Source: a virus. From it: 64,000 nt of DNA. The position numbers were made by a program, and so were the translations under genes. Position 1 is the first letter of the stretch. Each line of letters begins with the position of its first letter. Positions 37,892-48,480 of this stretch are shown piece after piece. Location of the stretch: positions 46,729 to 110,728 of IMG/VR virus record IMGVR_UViG_3300048892_000198; one strand, 5' to 3'. Below the pieces are notes generated by a model that saw nothing but the letters and a program-made list of their open reading frames with translations, had not been told where the DNA came from and made no database searches.

Positions 37892-39208
37892 ATGATCAGC
37901 GTCTTCACGCCACTGTCCGCGAGTGGCAACCAATACATCTACGCCGCCTACGAAACACTCAAGGCCCAGACGATCCAGGACTGGGAGTGGATCGTGCTCG
38001 AAAACCACGGCGGAGCCTTGCCGAAGAACATCCGCAAGGATCCGCGCGTCAAGCTCGCCGGCGACACACGGCTCCAGGGCATCGGCGCACTGAAGCGCCG
38101 CTGCTGTGAGCTCTCGAGCGGCGAGTATTTGTTCGAGTTCGATCACGATGACTTGCTTCATGAGACGGCGCTCGAGAAAGCGATGGCGGCCTTCGATGAC
38201 GGCGCGGACTTCGTGTTCTCGGACACGGCGGAGTTCAAGGACAAGACGTGGGAGCCCAACTGCTACGGGGCGGAGTACGGGTGGACGCATTACCCGGTGG
38301 AGTTTCAGGGGCATCAGCTTTTGGCTCAGCCCAATCCCCCGGTGACGCCCCACAATCTCCGCCTCATCGACTGGTCCCCGAATCACTTCCGCGCCTTCCG
38401 CAAGGAAGCGTACCTCGCGGTCGGCGGCCACAGCCCCGAGCTCCACGTCGGCGACGATCACGATCTGATGCTGCGCTTCTTCCTGATGGGGAAGATCTTC
38501 AAGCACGTGCCCGAGTGCCTCTACTTCTATCGAGTGCACGCAAAACAGACGACCAACGCCAACGTTGGCAACGCGAAGATCCGGCAGGTGACCGAAGCAC
38601 TCTACGACAAGCACATCTTCGATCTGGCGGAGAAGTGGTGCTTGGATCACCAGCTGGACTTGGTGGGAAACTCATACAAGAAGATCGATCTCTGTGGGGC
38701 GATCGACACGTACAAGGATTACTTTCCGCTCGACAAATCCCTCGGCCACGACCTCGACGAACGCTGGCCGCTCAATGACGACTCCGTCGGCGTCATCCGC
38801 GCCTTCGATGCCATCGAGCACCTGAAAGATCCCATCCACACCATGAACGAAGCCTACCGTGTGCTGGCGCCCGGAGGCTTCTTCTTGATTCAAGTCCCGT
38901 CGACAACCGGTCCTATCATCCGTACGCCAGCGATGGATGGCGGCGAATTCCATTGGGTCGCGAGCGCGGGCCGCGGCGCCTTCCAAGATCCGACCCACGT
39001 CTCCTTCTGGAACGAAAATTCCTTCTGGTACTACACGAAGCGGGATCTCGCGCGCTACATCCCGCACATGACCGCGCGCTTTCAGGTCTCGCGGCTCCGC
39101 ACCTTCTTCCCCTCGAGCTTCCACGCCGAGCACGCCATCCCCTACGTGGAGGCGCACCTCATCGCGCTCAAAGACGGCTACAGCCCCATGGGCCGGGTGG
39201 AGATCTGA
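37892..39208 (+). CDS. GT2 glycosyltransferase fused to SAM-dependent methyltransferase
   Basis: MISVFTP...EFDHDD...GDDHDL; C-terminal DAIEHL...EAYRVLAPGG...AFQDPTHVSFWN. Confidence 0.85.
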   Translation: MISVFTPLSASGNQYIYAAYETLKAQTIQDWEWIVLENHGGALPKNIRKDPRVKLAGDTRLQGIGALKRRCCELSSGEYLFEFDHDDLLHETALEKAMAAFDDGADFVFSDTAEFKDKTWEPNCYGAEYGWTHYPVEFQGHQLLAQPNPPVTPHNLRLIDWSPNHFRAFRKEAYLAVGGHSPELHVGDDHDLMLRFFLMGKIFKHVPECLYFYRVHAKQTTNANVGNAKIRQVTEALYDKHIFDLAEKWCLDHQLDLVGNSYKKIDLCGAIDTYKDYFPLDKSLGHDLDERWPLNDDSVGVIRAFDAIEHLKDPIHTMNEAYRVLAPGGFFLIQVPSTTGPIIRTPAMDGGEFHWVASAGRGAFQDPTHVSFWNENSFWYYTKRDLARYIPHMTARFQVSRLRTFFPSSFHAEHAIPYVEAHLIALKDGYSPMGRVEI

Positions 39209-39210
39209 AG

Positions 39211-39244
39211 AGGGAAGATCCTCGCTCCGCCCAGCGTAGCACCT
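39211..39244 (+). promoter_or_regulatory. bipartite promoter-like motif, copy 3
   Basis: AGGGAAGATC-N14-CGTAGCACCT, 3 nt before ATG 39248. Confidence 0.65.
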
Positions 39245-39247
39245 ACC

Positions 39248-39913
39248 ATGACCCAGCCGGCCGTTTCCATCGTGACCGAAAACCACACGCTTCGCGCGCG
39301 AGTCCAGGCGGCGCGAGCCGAGCTGGCAAACGCCCAGCAGGCGGTCGATGCAATCGTCGAGCCCTCTGACGACTGCGCCGAGGGCCACCGGGTGAGTGCC
39401 GCTGAGGACCGCCTGCGCGCGGCCCAGCTGGCGCTCATTGGCTCCGACTGCCCGCGCGAGTGGACGCTCCGTGAAGGAGGCTACGAGTACGACACCATCA
39501 CCGCCGACTCACCCGAAGAGGCGCTCGAGGAAGCCCGGAGCAACGTCGACCGCTCGAACTATTCCTCTTGCGAAGGCACGCTCTGGATCGATGTGCGCGT
39601 CGATTGCGAGGAGACCGGCGAAAGCGACTCGGACAGCGTCACCCTCGAGCCCGACGCGCCCTCCTGCTCGGACGATCACGAGCATGAGTGGTGCTCGCCT
39701 CACGCGCTCGTCGGCGGCCTCGAAGAAAACCCCGGTGTCCATGGCCACGGCGGCGGCGTCATCATCACCGAGGTGTGCCGCCACTGCGGCTGCAAGCGCG
39801 TGACCGATACCTGGGCCCAGCGCCCCGACACCGGCGAGCAGGGCCTCCGCTCAGTCTCCTATGAAGAAGACGCCTACACGGCGGAAGAGCTCGCCGAGGT
39901 CGAGTGGGAATGA
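39248..39913 (+). CDS. acidic Cys/His-containing hypothetical protein
   Basis: HEHEW...ENPGVHGHGGG...CRHCG. Confidence 0.7.
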   Translation: MTQPAVSIVTENHTLRARVQAARAELANAQQAVDAIVEPSDDCAEGHRVSAAEDRLRAAQLALIGSDCPREWTLREGGYEYDTITADSPEEALEEARSNVDRSNYSSCEGTLWIDVRVDCEETGESDSDSVTLEPDAPSCSDDHEHEWCSPHALVGGLEENPGVHGHGGGVIITEVCRHCGCKRVTDTWAQRPDTGEQGLRSVSYEEDAYTAEELAEVEWE

Positions 39914-40047
39914 GCGCCTTGGTCGAGCATGTGTTCGCGGTGATCGGTTGCATCACTGTGGCGGTATGCACTGTCCTGGGACTGTGCGTGGCGCTCGGGA
40001 TCATCAAACTGAGAGGCACTCTGACGCACCATGACGACGACGAATAA
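39910..40047 (+). CDS. small membrane protein (45 aa)
   Basis: ATGA-coupled; one TM; below track cutoff. Confidence 0.45.
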   Translation: MSALVEHVFAVIGCITVAVCTVLGLCVALGIIKLRGTLTHHDDDE

Positions 40048-40225
40048 GATCATTCGGCACGCGGCGACTTGCCGTTGCGCGCTCTGCCGAAAGGTGGACG
40101 AGATCATCGGTCGGGAAGGAAAACGCCGAGCATTGCCCGGAGAGCCGAGGGTTGACTACTTCGTTACGAGCCCTGCCTCTGAGACCGCTGTCTGGGTGCC
40201 GGTATTCGTCTCCGCATCCTCATGA
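40031..40225 (+). CDS. hypothetical protein
   Basis: HAATCRCALC. Confidence 0.4.
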   Translation: MTTTNKIIRHAATCRCALCRKVDEIIGREGKRRALPGEPRVDYFVTSPASETAVWVPVFVSASS

Positions 40226-41254
40226 TCAGGGAAGCGCCGCGAGATCGTCCCAGCGTATTGCTTTCCGAGCGGCCTCCACGTCGCTCATGCCGGAGGCGTT
40301 CGGGAAGAGGCGACCCTGACCGCTCGCCATCGCTGGGTCGAGCCCTCGCTCGTAGCGTAGGTACATCTCGTCGCACTGGGCGTTGCTGAGCCGGGCTTCG
40401 CCGAAGCAGATCGACAAGAGGTGCACGGCGCGCGGGTCGAGCCCGCGCACGTCGAGTGCCAATAGGCCATGGGCATCGGCTTCGGTGACCAGATCGGAGT
40501 CGTCCTGCACGGCATGCCACAAGAATTCGAGGCATTCGTGCACGTTGGGCACTGTGACTCCTCTGGGGATCTCGACATTCATGGCGACGAGCGCGAGGTG
40601 GCGCCGGTCGGCCGCTTCCTCATAGGTGTATAACTCGACCGTTTTCTCGATCGTCTTCTCGATGTCGACGTTGACGCGGTTGACGTAGACGACTTCTCCC
40701 TCGTCCACGAAGCGATCGAGATCGCTCGGGGAGACATCGAGGTCCACGCCTTCATCTTTCTCGGTCTCCTCCTCGATCTTTTGATCGGCCAGCCCGATCT
40801 TCACCGCCGCCGCCCACCAGCGATCGGCCTCCGCGCTCCGGTTGTCGGTCCAGGAGCAGATCCCGTCGCCGGATTTCCACATCTCGATCTCGACCAGGTC
40901 CTCGTCGCACTGGTGTGCGCCGAGCGCGAGCGCGGTATAGAGCGCCGTCCCCCAACCGTTGCCCTTGATGAGCACGCCATCGGGCGTGTGTGAGCGCGGC
41001 AGCCCAGTGATCTGGGAAGGTTCGTTCGAGTGCTCTTCGTAGTAGCCGCGGCCGAGGCGTAAAAGCGGATCAGAAGCCTTGAGCCCACGGAGGCTCACAA
41101 ACGTGCCGTCGGTCACGACGAGCGCCGGCTCATGCGTCTTCGGGTTGGCGACCAGTCCAATCACGGTGAGCCCGGCGAGCGACCAGTTCTCGGGCGCTTT
41201 CTTGGGCTCGGGAGCGCGGAGCGCAAACGACGTATTCTTCCGCAAGCGCCGCAT
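40226..41254 (-). CDS. hypothetical protein (possible GNAT-like segment)
   Basis: 342 aa; KGNGWGTALY resembles GNAT motif A; has its own promoter. Confidence 0.65.
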   Translation of the reverse strand: MRRLRKNTSFALRAPEPKKAPENWSLAGLTVIGLVANPKTHEPALVVTDGTFVSLRGLKASDPLLRLGRGYYEEHSNEPSQITGLPRSHTPDGVLIKGNGWGTALYTALALGAHQCDEDLVEIEMWKSGDGICSWTDNRSAEADRWWAAAVKIGLADQKIEEETEKDEGVDLDVSPSDLDRFVDEGEVVYVNRVNVDIEKTIEKTVELYTYEEAADRRHLALVAMNVEIPRGVTVPNVHECLEFLWHAVQDDSDLVTEADAHGLLALDVRGLDPRAVHLLSICFGEARLSNAQCDEMYLRYERGLDPAMASGQGRLFPNASGMSDVEAARKAIRWDDLAALP

Positions 41255-41263
41255 GAGTCGGCG

Positions 41264-41347
41264 ATGGTAGAGTCACGCCCTGGTCCTTGCAAATTTTCCG
41301 CCGCTCGCCCCGAAAAGTTGCAGGCTGAAGGCCCCTCAGTATAGGCT
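41264..41347. promoter_or_regulatory. divergent sigma70-like promoters
   Basis: Minus strand TTGCAA-N17-TACCAT (41292-41264); plus strand TTGCAG-N18-TAGGCT (41318-41347). Confidence 0.55.
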
Positions 41348-41443
41348 TTCCCCACTCGATCGGTATTCGGCAGCACCCCGGCCGGATCAGGACGATGGAG
41401 CTCGGGCCGCGATCCGTCGCGCGGCCCAGGAGCACCTCTGTCC

Positions 41444-43585
41444 ATGGCCGATCGAAGCAGCGTTGCGAGTCGAAATATCGGGGCCGTGGGCACCCTCCTC
41501 GGTGCCGGAAATTCGCTCGAAAACGTCAACACGTCGCTGCTCGACGACGGTTGCTTCGCCTACGTCGAATCCGAGCACGAGCACTACGAGCTCCACCGCG
41601 ACGATACGACGCCGCCCTCCCCCCCGAACATCATCGAGCCCATCGCAGGCCCCGGCCGCTGGGTGCCGGCGACGGGCGGGACGATCGGTGCGCAGGGCTT
41701 CCAGGGCGCCCAAGGGGCGCAGGGCTTCGGCGCGCAGGGGGCGCAAGGATCTCAGGGCGCTGGCACGCAGGGCGCGCAGGGTGCCCAAGGCAACACGGGC
41801 GGCGCGCAAGGCGCCCAAGGCGCGCAGGGTCGTCAAGGCGCGCAGGGCGCTGGCACGCAGGGCGCGCAGGGATTCCAGGGAGCCACGGGCGGGTCGGGCA
41901 ATCAGGGTAGCCAGGGGGCTCAAGGCGCGCAGGGCGCCCAAGGCTTTCAGGGTGCCACGGGCTCGACTGGCAACCAAGGAGCGCAGGGCGCCCAAGGCGC
42001 CCAAGGCAATCAAGGTTTTCAGGGCGCGACGGGCACGGGAGCCCAAGGTGCGCAAGGCGCGCAGGGCATCGGTGCGCAAGGATCTCAGGGTTTCCAGGGC
42101 GCAACCGGCGCGGGCGCGCAGGGCGCGACGGGCACGCAAGGCTTTCAGGGTGCTCAGGGCTTCCAAGGCGGGGGCTTCCAGGGCGCGCAAGGATCGACCG
42201 GTGCGCAGGGATCCGGGGGCGGCGCTCAAGGCGCCCAGGGTGCGACGGGCACGCAGGGTTTCCAGGGCGCCCAAGGGCAAACGGGCGCAGGATCGCAGGG
42301 TGCCCAGGGCGCCACGGGCGCACAGGGCTTTCAGGGAGCGGCCGGCACCGGCGGTGCGCAAGGAAGCCAAGGCGCGACCGGCGCTGGCGGCGCACAGGGC
42401 GCGCAAGGCGCGACCGGCACGGGATCGCAGGGCGCGCAAGGCGCAACCGGCACCGGAGGCGCTCAAGGATCGCAGGGCGCCACGGGCGCAGGATCCCAAG
42501 GCGCTCAAGGCTTCCAAGGCGCGACCGGGGCTGGGTCGCAAGGCGCGCAGGGCGCGACGGGCACGCAGGGCTTCCAGGGTGCGCAGGGTTTCCAAGGCGG
42601 GGGCTTTCAGGGCGCGCAGGGTTTTCAGGGCGCAGTCGGTCCGGGCGGCGGCGCGCAGGGTGCCCAAGGGGCAACGGGCACGCAAGGCTTCCAGGGCGCC
42701 CAAGGCTTTCAAGGGGGAGGATTCCAGGGCGCGCAGGGAGCAACCGGCACGCAGGGCTTCCAAGGCGCCACGGGCGCAGGATCTCAAGGCGCTCAAGGCG
42801 CCACGGGCTCGCAGGGCTTTCAGGGTGCGACCGGCACGACCGGTGCTCAAGGCGCGCAGGGCGCGACTGGGACCACGGGTGCTCAAGGCGCTCAGGGCGC
42901 GACCGGCACGACGGGCAATCAAGGAGCGCAAGGCGCTACTGGCACAACCGGAGCTCAGGGCGCCCAAGGCGCGACGGGCACGACGGGAGCTCAAGGCGCT
43001 CAGGGCGCGACGGGCACCACGGGAGCTCAAGGCGCGCAGGGCGCGACGGGCACGACGGGCAATCAAGGAGCGCAAGGCGCTACTGGCACAACCGGAGCTC
43101 AGGGCGCGCAGGGTGCGACGGGCACGACTGGTGCTCAAGGCGCTCAGGGCGCGACGGGCACCACGGGCGCGCAGGGCTTCCAAGGTGCTACTGGCTCGGG
43201 ATCGCAGGGCGCGCAGGGCGCAACGGGAGCTCAAGGCGCTCAAGGCGCGCAGGGCTTTCAGGGATCCGCCAACATCGTCAACGAGGTCAATGCTGGTAAC
43301 TCCGGCACAGCCCTCACCATCAACTTCACGACGGGCCCCAATCAGCTGACCACGCTGACCGGCAACGTGACCTTCACGTTGACGGCGCCGAGCAACTCCC
43401 GCCACGTGCAGGTCCGCATGGTGCAGGACGGTACCGGCGGTCGCACGGTGACTTGGCCCGCTGCCGTCAAGTGGGCAGGCGGCACGCAACCCACCTGGGT
43501 GACGACGGCGGCTGCCATCAACATCGCGAGCTTCTACTACGACGGCACCAACTACTGGGGTGTCGGGTCGACGGGCTTCGCATGA
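41444..43585 (+). CDS. collagen-like fibre protein 1 with phage fibre head domain
   Basis: Shared N-domain [11 protein letters not shown]; long G-X-Q/G-X-T tract; head [12 protein letters not shown]...WAGGTQP. Confidence 0.85.
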   Translation: MADRSSVASRNIGAVGTLLGAGNSLENVNTSLLDDGCFAYVESEHEHYELHRDDTTPPSPPNIIEPIAGPGRWVPATGGTIGAQGFQGAQGAQGFGAQGAQGSQGAGTQGAQGAQGNTGGAQGAQGAQGRQGAQGAGTQGAQGFQGATGGSGNQGSQGAQGAQGAQGFQGATGSTGNQGAQGAQGAQGNQGFQGATGTGAQGAQGAQGIGAQGSQGFQGATGAGAQGATGTQGFQGAQGFQGGGFQGAQGSTGAQGSGGGAQGAQGATGTQGFQGAQGQTGAGSQGAQGATGAQGFQGAAGTGGAQGSQGATGAGGAQGAQGATGTGSQGAQGATGTGGAQGSQGATGAGSQGAQGFQGATGAGSQGAQGATGTQGFQGAQGFQGGGFQGAQGFQGAVGPGGGAQGAQGATGTQGFQGAQGFQGGGFQGAQGATGTQGFQGATGAGSQGAQGATGSQGFQGATGTTGAQGAQGATGTTGAQGAQGATGTTGNQGAQGATGTTGAQGAQGATGTTGAQGAQGATGTTGAQGAQGATGTTGNQGAQGATGTTGAQGAQGATGTTGAQGAQGATGTTGAQGFQGATGSGSQGAQGATGAQGAQGAQGFQGSANIVNEVNAGNSGTALTINFTTGPNQLTTLTGNVTFTLTAPSNSRHVQVRMVQDGTGGRTVTWPAAVKWAGGTQPTWVTTAAAINIASFYYDGTNYWGVGSTGFA
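41687..43263 (+). repeat. Gly-X-Y collagen-coding repeat
   Basis: GAQ/GFQ/GAT triplets; distal part is a 12-aa unit GATGTTG(A/N)QGAQ. Confidence 0.95.
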
Positions 43586-43600
43586 TTTTGAGAGGTCAGC

Positions 43601-44329
43601 ATGCCTAATGCCACGGTAGTGCAGTTCGGGTTTAAAGATGATGCGCAGGTCGCGGGCAGCACCCTGACCTTCAATATCACTGGAGTCACCGTCGGCAATC
43701 GCATCCACGCGGTTGGGTTTTGCGATCCGACTGCCGCCAACATCGTCGGCATCGCCGGCACCGTGGGAGACGTTGGGTCCTACATCCAGATGGGCTCGAA
43801 CGTCGTTGATGTCGGCAATGACGGGGAGATGGGACAGTTCTATCGAGATGTGACGGCGACCTCCGGCGGCGCGATCACGATCGTCTTGACGGTCAGCGCG
43901 AGCTCGACCTTCAAGGGGATCTACTTTGCAGAGATCAACAACGTATTCGGTGTGCCGCAGACTGCGTCGATCATCTCCGATCCACAAGCCCCCGGCGGAA
44001 CCACTGACGCCATCACGACCGGAAATCGCACCCCTAGCGCTCAGCCGGCGCTCATTAGCTCGGTGTGTCTCGATGTAACGAATAATCGCGCGCCTACTTT
44101 CGGCACTGGGTATACGCTGCTCGGCGCAGGATGGCAGTTTGGTCTGGGCGGGAACGGAGCCACCGCAGAATCGAGGAGGATTACTGCCCTTACGGCATTG
44201 CCGGTGACCTATACAGCAGCTGGAGGTTTTGGCGGCGACGCTTACATGTTAGCGGCCGCCTTCTTCACTGAGGGCACAGCACCACCGCCAGGCAATGGGA
44301 TCTTCTTCGGCGCTGGCACGACTAGCTAA
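43601..44329 (+). CDS. beta-rich fibre-associated protein
   Basis: Thr/Gly-rich; ends GIFFGAGTTS. Confidence 0.75.
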   Translation: MPNATVVQFGFKDDAQVAGSTLTFNITGVTVGNRIHAVGFCDPTAANIVGIAGTVGDVGSYIQMGSNVVDVGNDGEMGQFYRDVTATSGGAITIVLTVSASSTFKGIYFAEINNVFGVPQTASIISDPQAPGGTTDAITTGNRTPSAQPALISSVCLDVTNNRAPTFGTGYTLLGAGWQFGLGGNGATAESRRITALTALPVTYTAAGGFGGDAYMLAAAFFTEGTAPPPGNGIFFGAGTTS

Positions 44330-44340
44330 CCCTACCCCGC

Positions 44341-45366
44341 ATGGCGCTCCCGAACCTGGTATTTTTTGGGCGAGCGACGGTACCCTACAGCCAGGTGCCT
44401 CCGCTCGGCGGCGACGGCTCGTGCAACGAAGCCTTTAAGAACGCCGTCTGGGCGCAGACGGCGCTCGACACCAATCCCTCCGAGAGTGGATCGTTCCTGG
44501 CGACCAGTTGCTACGATTCGGCGCATCGCCGGGTCTACCTCTTCGGCAGCACGGACTCGATCGCTTACTCCGCCGCCTACGACTGCAACGCGGACACGTA
44601 CACTCAGATCGGAGATCTTCCGACCGCGAGCGGGCAGCAGACTTATGCAGCGGCCGCCGCCGGCAAGGCCTGGCTTTTTGGCGGCGGAGCAGGCGTGCCC
44701 TTTACGACCAACTCCCCGACCGCTGGGATCCAGAGCTACGATCTTTCCCAGGTGCCCGGATCGGGTACGACTTATTCGACCATCGCTCCGGTGGTGTCGT
44801 ACTCGGCCTACGGGCTGTTTGGTGACTATGATCCGGTCACCAAGCTGATCTACTTCGGCGGAGGCTGCGACAATATCGCAGGTCCTCCCGGCCCCGCCAA
44901 CTGCTTCAATCAATGGCAGAGCTTCGATCCGTTCTCGCCGGCAACGCCGACCGCGCTCCATGTGATGCCGGTGAAGGTCGCCGAGAGCGCCTGCGCCCTC
45001 CTGAACGGCGTCATCTACGTCATCGGCGGATCGCTTGACGCGACCCCAGAGACCGTCGGCACGCGCGGCGTCTACGCCTACAACATTGCGACCAACACGT
45101 GGACGACGAAAAACAATTTTCCCATCGACATCGCCTGCGGTCGTGCCTGCAATTGGAACGGCACGCTCTATTGCGGTGGCGGCTGGAACGCCTCCGGATT
45201 CAGCTTCTCCGTCACGAACGCCACTCAAAATATCTACGCCTACAATCCCCTCGCCGATAGCTGGTCGCTGCACTCGCAGGCGACCTTCCAGGCGGCGGGC
45301 TCCATCCTGGTCGGCCTCAACTCCCCGCCGAGCGGGCTCTTCTTCGGCGCGGGCACGACGAGCTAA
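44341..45366 (+). CDS. Kelch-repeat beta-propeller protein
   Basis: Repeated (I/L)Y(L/F/V)(F/I)GG...Y(D/N)...W units; ends GLFFGAGTTS. Confidence 0.85.
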   Translation: MALPNLVFFGRATVPYSQVPPLGGDGSCNEAFKNAVWAQTALDTNPSESGSFLATSCYDSAHRRVYLFGSTDSIAYSAAYDCNADTYTQIGDLPTASGQQTYAAAAAGKAWLFGGGAGVPFTTNSPTAGIQSYDLSQVPGSGTTYSTIAPVVSYSAYGLFGDYDPVTKLIYFGGGCDNIAGPPGPANCFNQWQSFDPFSPATPTALHVMPVKVAESACALLNGVIYVIGGSLDATPETVGTRGVYAYNIATNTWTTKNNFPIDIACGRACNWNGTLYCGGGWNASGFSFSVTNATQNIYAYNPLADSWSLHSQATFQAAGSILVGLNSPPSGLFFGAGTTS

Positions 45367-46061
45367 CGCTCGCTGCCGGACCAGACTCGCATGAGAAATT
45401 CGTTGTCGTAGATGCTGCCCGGAATGATGCCGGGCGTGATCTCGTTGAGCCAGAGCACGTACGGTAAGGAGAGTTGATCCTGCACCGACCAGTGCACGCA
45501 CTCATCGAACCAATTCTTCTCGAAGTTAGCGATGCGCTCGTTGTGCCACCGAACGATGCAGCCTCCGGCGTAGAGGCAATACTCGGGATCATTGTGTGGG
45601 AACCCGGCGGCTCGGTAGTGAGCGACTTGCTCGATGCAGGGCTCGCCGGCGTATTTGCCCATCGTCATCGAGAAGGCGGCTTCCTCCTCGGGCGAGCGAT
45701 GGGGATCTTCGGGATGCTCGAAGAGCGCGAGCGCTGATTCTGATTCGGGCATCGCCTGGTGGCACCGCTGCAGCATCAAGAGCGGGTCTTTCACGCGCAC
45801 GCTCGAGTCGATGTAAATCGACCACTCACGGTCAGGGAACAAGTGGCAGGCGCTCATCTTGAACCACTTCGCATCCATCCGCGGCGTGCGAAACACGCTA
45901 CGTCGTCGAAAGACGTGCCAGTGAGGAAGCTTTTCCGCAAGCCCGGGCTTGTCGGTGAAGCAAACCAAGTCAGCGACGTGCCCGAGATCCGGGATGTCGA
46001 CCGGCTCGTCGTGATCGCCGAAGCACGCGGTGTAGATGACGGGGCGGGGGTTACTGATCAT
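45363..46061 (-). CDS. DUF616 (TOD1/MUCI70-like) glycosyltransferase
   Basis: VIYTACFGDHD; CFTD; AKWFK...HLFP...SIYIDS; DQLSLPYVLW. Confidence 0.85.
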   Translation of the reverse strand: MISNPRPVIYTACFGDHDEPVDIPDLGHVADLVCFTDKPGLAEKLPHWHVFRRRSVFRTPRMDAKWFKMSACHLFPDREWSIYIDSSVRVKDPLLMLQRCHQAMPESESALALFEHPEDPHRSPEEEAAFSMTMGKYAGEPCIEQVAHYRAAGFPHNDPEYCLYAGGCIVRWHNERIANFEKNWFDECVHWSVQDQLSLPYVLWLNEITPGIIPGSIYDNEFLMRVWSGSER

Positions 46062-46273
46062 GGTGAGATGAAGAGGTGGCGGACGAAAAGGCAGGGGCTG
46101 TGCGGAGCGCAGCTTTCAGGATGGAAAAAAGCGCCCCAGATGAGGCAACCCAACAGCAGGATCGCTGTCCCTCCGAATACAAAGAACAGTTGGAATTTGG
46201 ATGACCGCAAGCGGGCGGCGTACTGCTTTTCGGAAAGCGTGCCGCCGCATTCGTGGCAGCGGTACTCGGTCAT
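46058..46273 (-). CDS. small Zn-ribbon membrane protein
   Basis: CHECG plus TM helix; coupled. Confidence 0.5.
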   Translation of the reverse strand: MTEYRCHECGGTLSEKQYAARLRSSKFQLFFVFGGTAILLLGCLIWGAFFHPESCAPHSPCLFVRHLFISP

Positions 46274-46923
46274 CGCGCGACGTTGAAGAAGAAGAGTTGC
46301 ACGAGCCTGGGGTCCTTTTCGGTAAAGCCCTCATAGCTCGTCGCCGAGTGAATGAGCTGCGCGTCCCAGAGCACGAGCCGGTTGTAGACGTTGCCGACGC
46401 GATCGACGAGCTCCCAGTTGTCCGGATGCGTCAGGTTGAAGTCGCTGTACGTCTTGGCGTACTCGAGCGCATCATTCGGCGGGCGCCTCGCCCCGTTGTC
46501 TTTTAAGCGCCAGAAGCTCGTGCCCGAGCGCACCGGATCGCAGGCCTCCCCGTTGCGCAGCTCGCCGAGAGGCGCCGTCAAGTAAATCGCCGCGGCATAG
46601 CTCTGCGTGTCCGAGTGCCACACGAGCGGATCTCCCTCCACCGTCTTCTGGAACGACCCGTTAGCCGGCTGATCGAGCCAGTCGACGATCGTCACCCCCA
46701 AAAGTCGCATAAACTCCTCCCGCACCCACGGAAACAAAAACTTCTCCTTCGAGCGCACCCCCTTGAAGTACCGCAAATCCGCCTCGTACTCGGCGTCGAG
46801 CGCGAGCGTGCGCACGGAGTCCGGGTCGCGGTAGAAGTCATCGACCACCAGGATCGCGGGGGTCCTCTGGTGGAAATCAACGGGCGGAAGGGTTGCGGGG
46901 GCAATCGTGCGGGGGTCGGGCAT
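46270..46923 (-). CDS. 2OG-Fe(II) oxygenase (DUF6445-like)
   Basis: LVVDDFYRDPDSVR; WHSD (HxD); AAIYL; GTSF; NRLVLWD...HSA; RLVQLFFF. Confidence 0.8.
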   Translation of the reverse strand: MPDPRTIAPATLPPVDFHQRTPAILVVDDFYRDPDSVRTLALDAEYEADLRYFKGVRSKEKFLFPWVREEFMRLLGVTIVDWLDQPANGSFQKTVEGDPLVWHSDTQSYAAAIYLTAPLGELRNGEACDPVRSGTSFWRLKDNGARRPPNDALEYAKTYSDFNLTHPDNWELVDRVGNVYNRLVLWDAQLIHSATSYEGFTEKDPRLVQLFFFNVAR

Positions 46924-46937
46924 GGGGGCTGGTACGC

Positions 46938-46967
46938 AGAGTAGCGGGCTCTCCTTCCCTCGCTCAA
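46938..46967 (-). promoter_or_regulatory. sigma70-like promoter for the oxygenase/GT operon
   Basis: TTGAGC-N18-TACTCT. Confidence 0.5.
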
Positions 46968-46968
46968 C

Positions 46969-47005
46969 CCCAAAAACTTGAGCCGCGCCCGAAAGGCAGG
47001 GTAGG
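46969..47005 (+). repeat. 37-bp promoter duplicate, copy A
   Basis: 36/37 identical to 48535-48571; contains TTGAGC-N18-TAGGAT. Confidence 0.85.
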
Positions 47006-47028
47006 ATTTGTCGAAGCGATCCTAGTCC

Positions 47029-48480
47029 ATGGGCCAAAGCAGCGTTGCGAGTCGAAATATTGGGGCGGTCGCTACCCTGCTTGGCACCGAGGATTCCCTC
47101 GAGAACCTCTGCACGCAGACGTTCGATGATGGCTGCCTCGCGTACGTGCAGGCCGAGCACAAGCACTACGAGCTCCACAAAGATTCGACCGCAGCGAGTG
47201 ATCCGCCCTTCGTGATCGTGCCGATCTGCGGCATGGGCCGCTGGGTCCCCGCGACGACGGTGATCGGGGCAGAAGGTCCGCAGGGATTCCAGGGCGCCCA
47301 AGGTGCACAGGGAGCTACTGGTGCTCCCGGATCGAGCGCCCCTTTTCGGGCAACGTACTACGTCGATCCGACCTTTGGAGGAGTCGAACTCGGCAGTCAG
47401 TCGAGTCCCTTCACGACCGTCGCCGCCGCGTTTGCGGCGGGCACGGCGCTCGGCATCGTGGATGGGATTGTGTTCGTGCCGCCGGGCCCGATGAGCGAAG
47501 ACATCGTGTTCCCGCCGTCGGGGAGCTGGGAGCTGTCTTCCACGGTCCAAGGTCAAACGCAAAGGACTCAGCTGACTGGCACCGTGACCCTGGACAGCAC
47601 GGCGCAAGCCTTTCACAGCATCAGCAACATCGTGCTCCTCGGCAACGTGACCGGCGACAAGGCAAACGCCAACACCAACCGACTCTTCTTCCGGAACGTC
47701 GAAATCAACACGAACCTGACGCTGACTTCCTCAGGCACCGGAAATTGGCTCGTGTACTTCGATGGCACGATCCCAGTACCGAGCAATGCGACGGGCCTCT
47801 TGGCAGGGATCTTCGGCACCTGCTCGATTGCGGGATCGCTGTTTGCGTCCGGATGCAACCTAGAGAACGTCATCACCGTCTCGTCGGACAGCGCCTTCCG
47901 CAACGTCTTCTTCAACAATAACCAGCACGGCACCTTGGTTGCGACGACCGGCGCGGGACTCGTCAATCTCACCTTCACCGGATGCGCGCAAAAGAATCCT
48001 GCCACCATCACGGCGACGACGGGCAGCGTGGTGGCGGTATTCGATAGCTTCAGTTGGGCGGCGGCTTGCTCTACAGGTTTAGGTTTGATCGCAGGCACGG
48101 CGTGCACGTTTAAGACGCTCGCCTCGAACCAATCATCCTCCACCACCGACACAAACAACCGTGCCTCGACTGCCTTGGGAGGACGCTCACCCGACGGGCT
48201 CTATGAGATCGTCTATGACGCGACGCTGCTCGGCAATGGCGGCGGCGCAAGCGGCCTCTTGCAACTCAACGCGATCTACACGGACATGACCGGCACGCTC
48301 GTCACGGTGCCGGTGGGCACGCCTCTCAATGTCGCTGCTGCGGTCGGTAGCAAATCCAGTGGCTCGCTGCCGTTTCATCACTCGGGCGCCGCGGCGCCGA
48401 TCGCGTTTTCGACGACGGGAGTGACCGCGCCCGGAGCGATGTCGGTGGCGCTCACCGTGACGCTTCGCCGGGTCAACTAA
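47029..48480 (+). CDS. fibre/spike paralog 2 (short collagen linker, beta-helix-like body)
   Basis: Shared N-domain; TYYVDP...GSQSSPFTTVAAA beta-helix leader motif. Confidence 0.8.
   Translation: MGQSSVASRNIGAVATLLGTEDSLENLCTQTFDDGCLAYVQAEHKHYELHKDSTAASDPPFVIVPICGMGRWVPATTVIGAEGPQGFQGAQGAQGATGAPGSSAPFRATYYVDPTFGGVELGSQSSPFTTVAAAFAAGTALGIVDGIVFVPPGPMSEDIVFPPSGSWELSSTVQGQTQRTQLTGTVTLDSTAQAFHSISNIVLLGNVTGDKANANTNRLFFRNVEINTNLTLTSSGTGNWLVYFDGTIPVPSNATGLLAGIFGTCSIAGSLFASGCNLENVITVSSDSAFRNVFFNNNQHGTLVATTGAGLVNLTFTGCAQKNPATITATTGSVVAVFDSFSWAAACSTGLGLIAGTACTFKTLASNQSSSTTDTNNRASTALGGRSPDGLYEIVYDATLLGNGGGASGLLQLNAIYTDMTGTLVTVPVGTPLNVAAAVGSKSSGSLPFHHSGAAAPIAFSTTGVTAPGAMSVALTVTLRRVN

Noticed and set aside
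42830-43190. 36-bp periodic DNA repeat as a possible CRISPR
   Set aside because: Contiguous coding tandem repeat with synonymous variation and no spacers.
41387-43987. Long antisense and alternate-frame ORFs over fibre 1 (866, 628 and 370 aa)
   Set aside because: Shadow frames of the stop-poor collagen repeat.
46924-47616. 448-aa extended version of the oxygenase ORF
   Set aside because: The extension is antisense to fibre 2 and crosses the divergent promoters; the start is placed at 46923.
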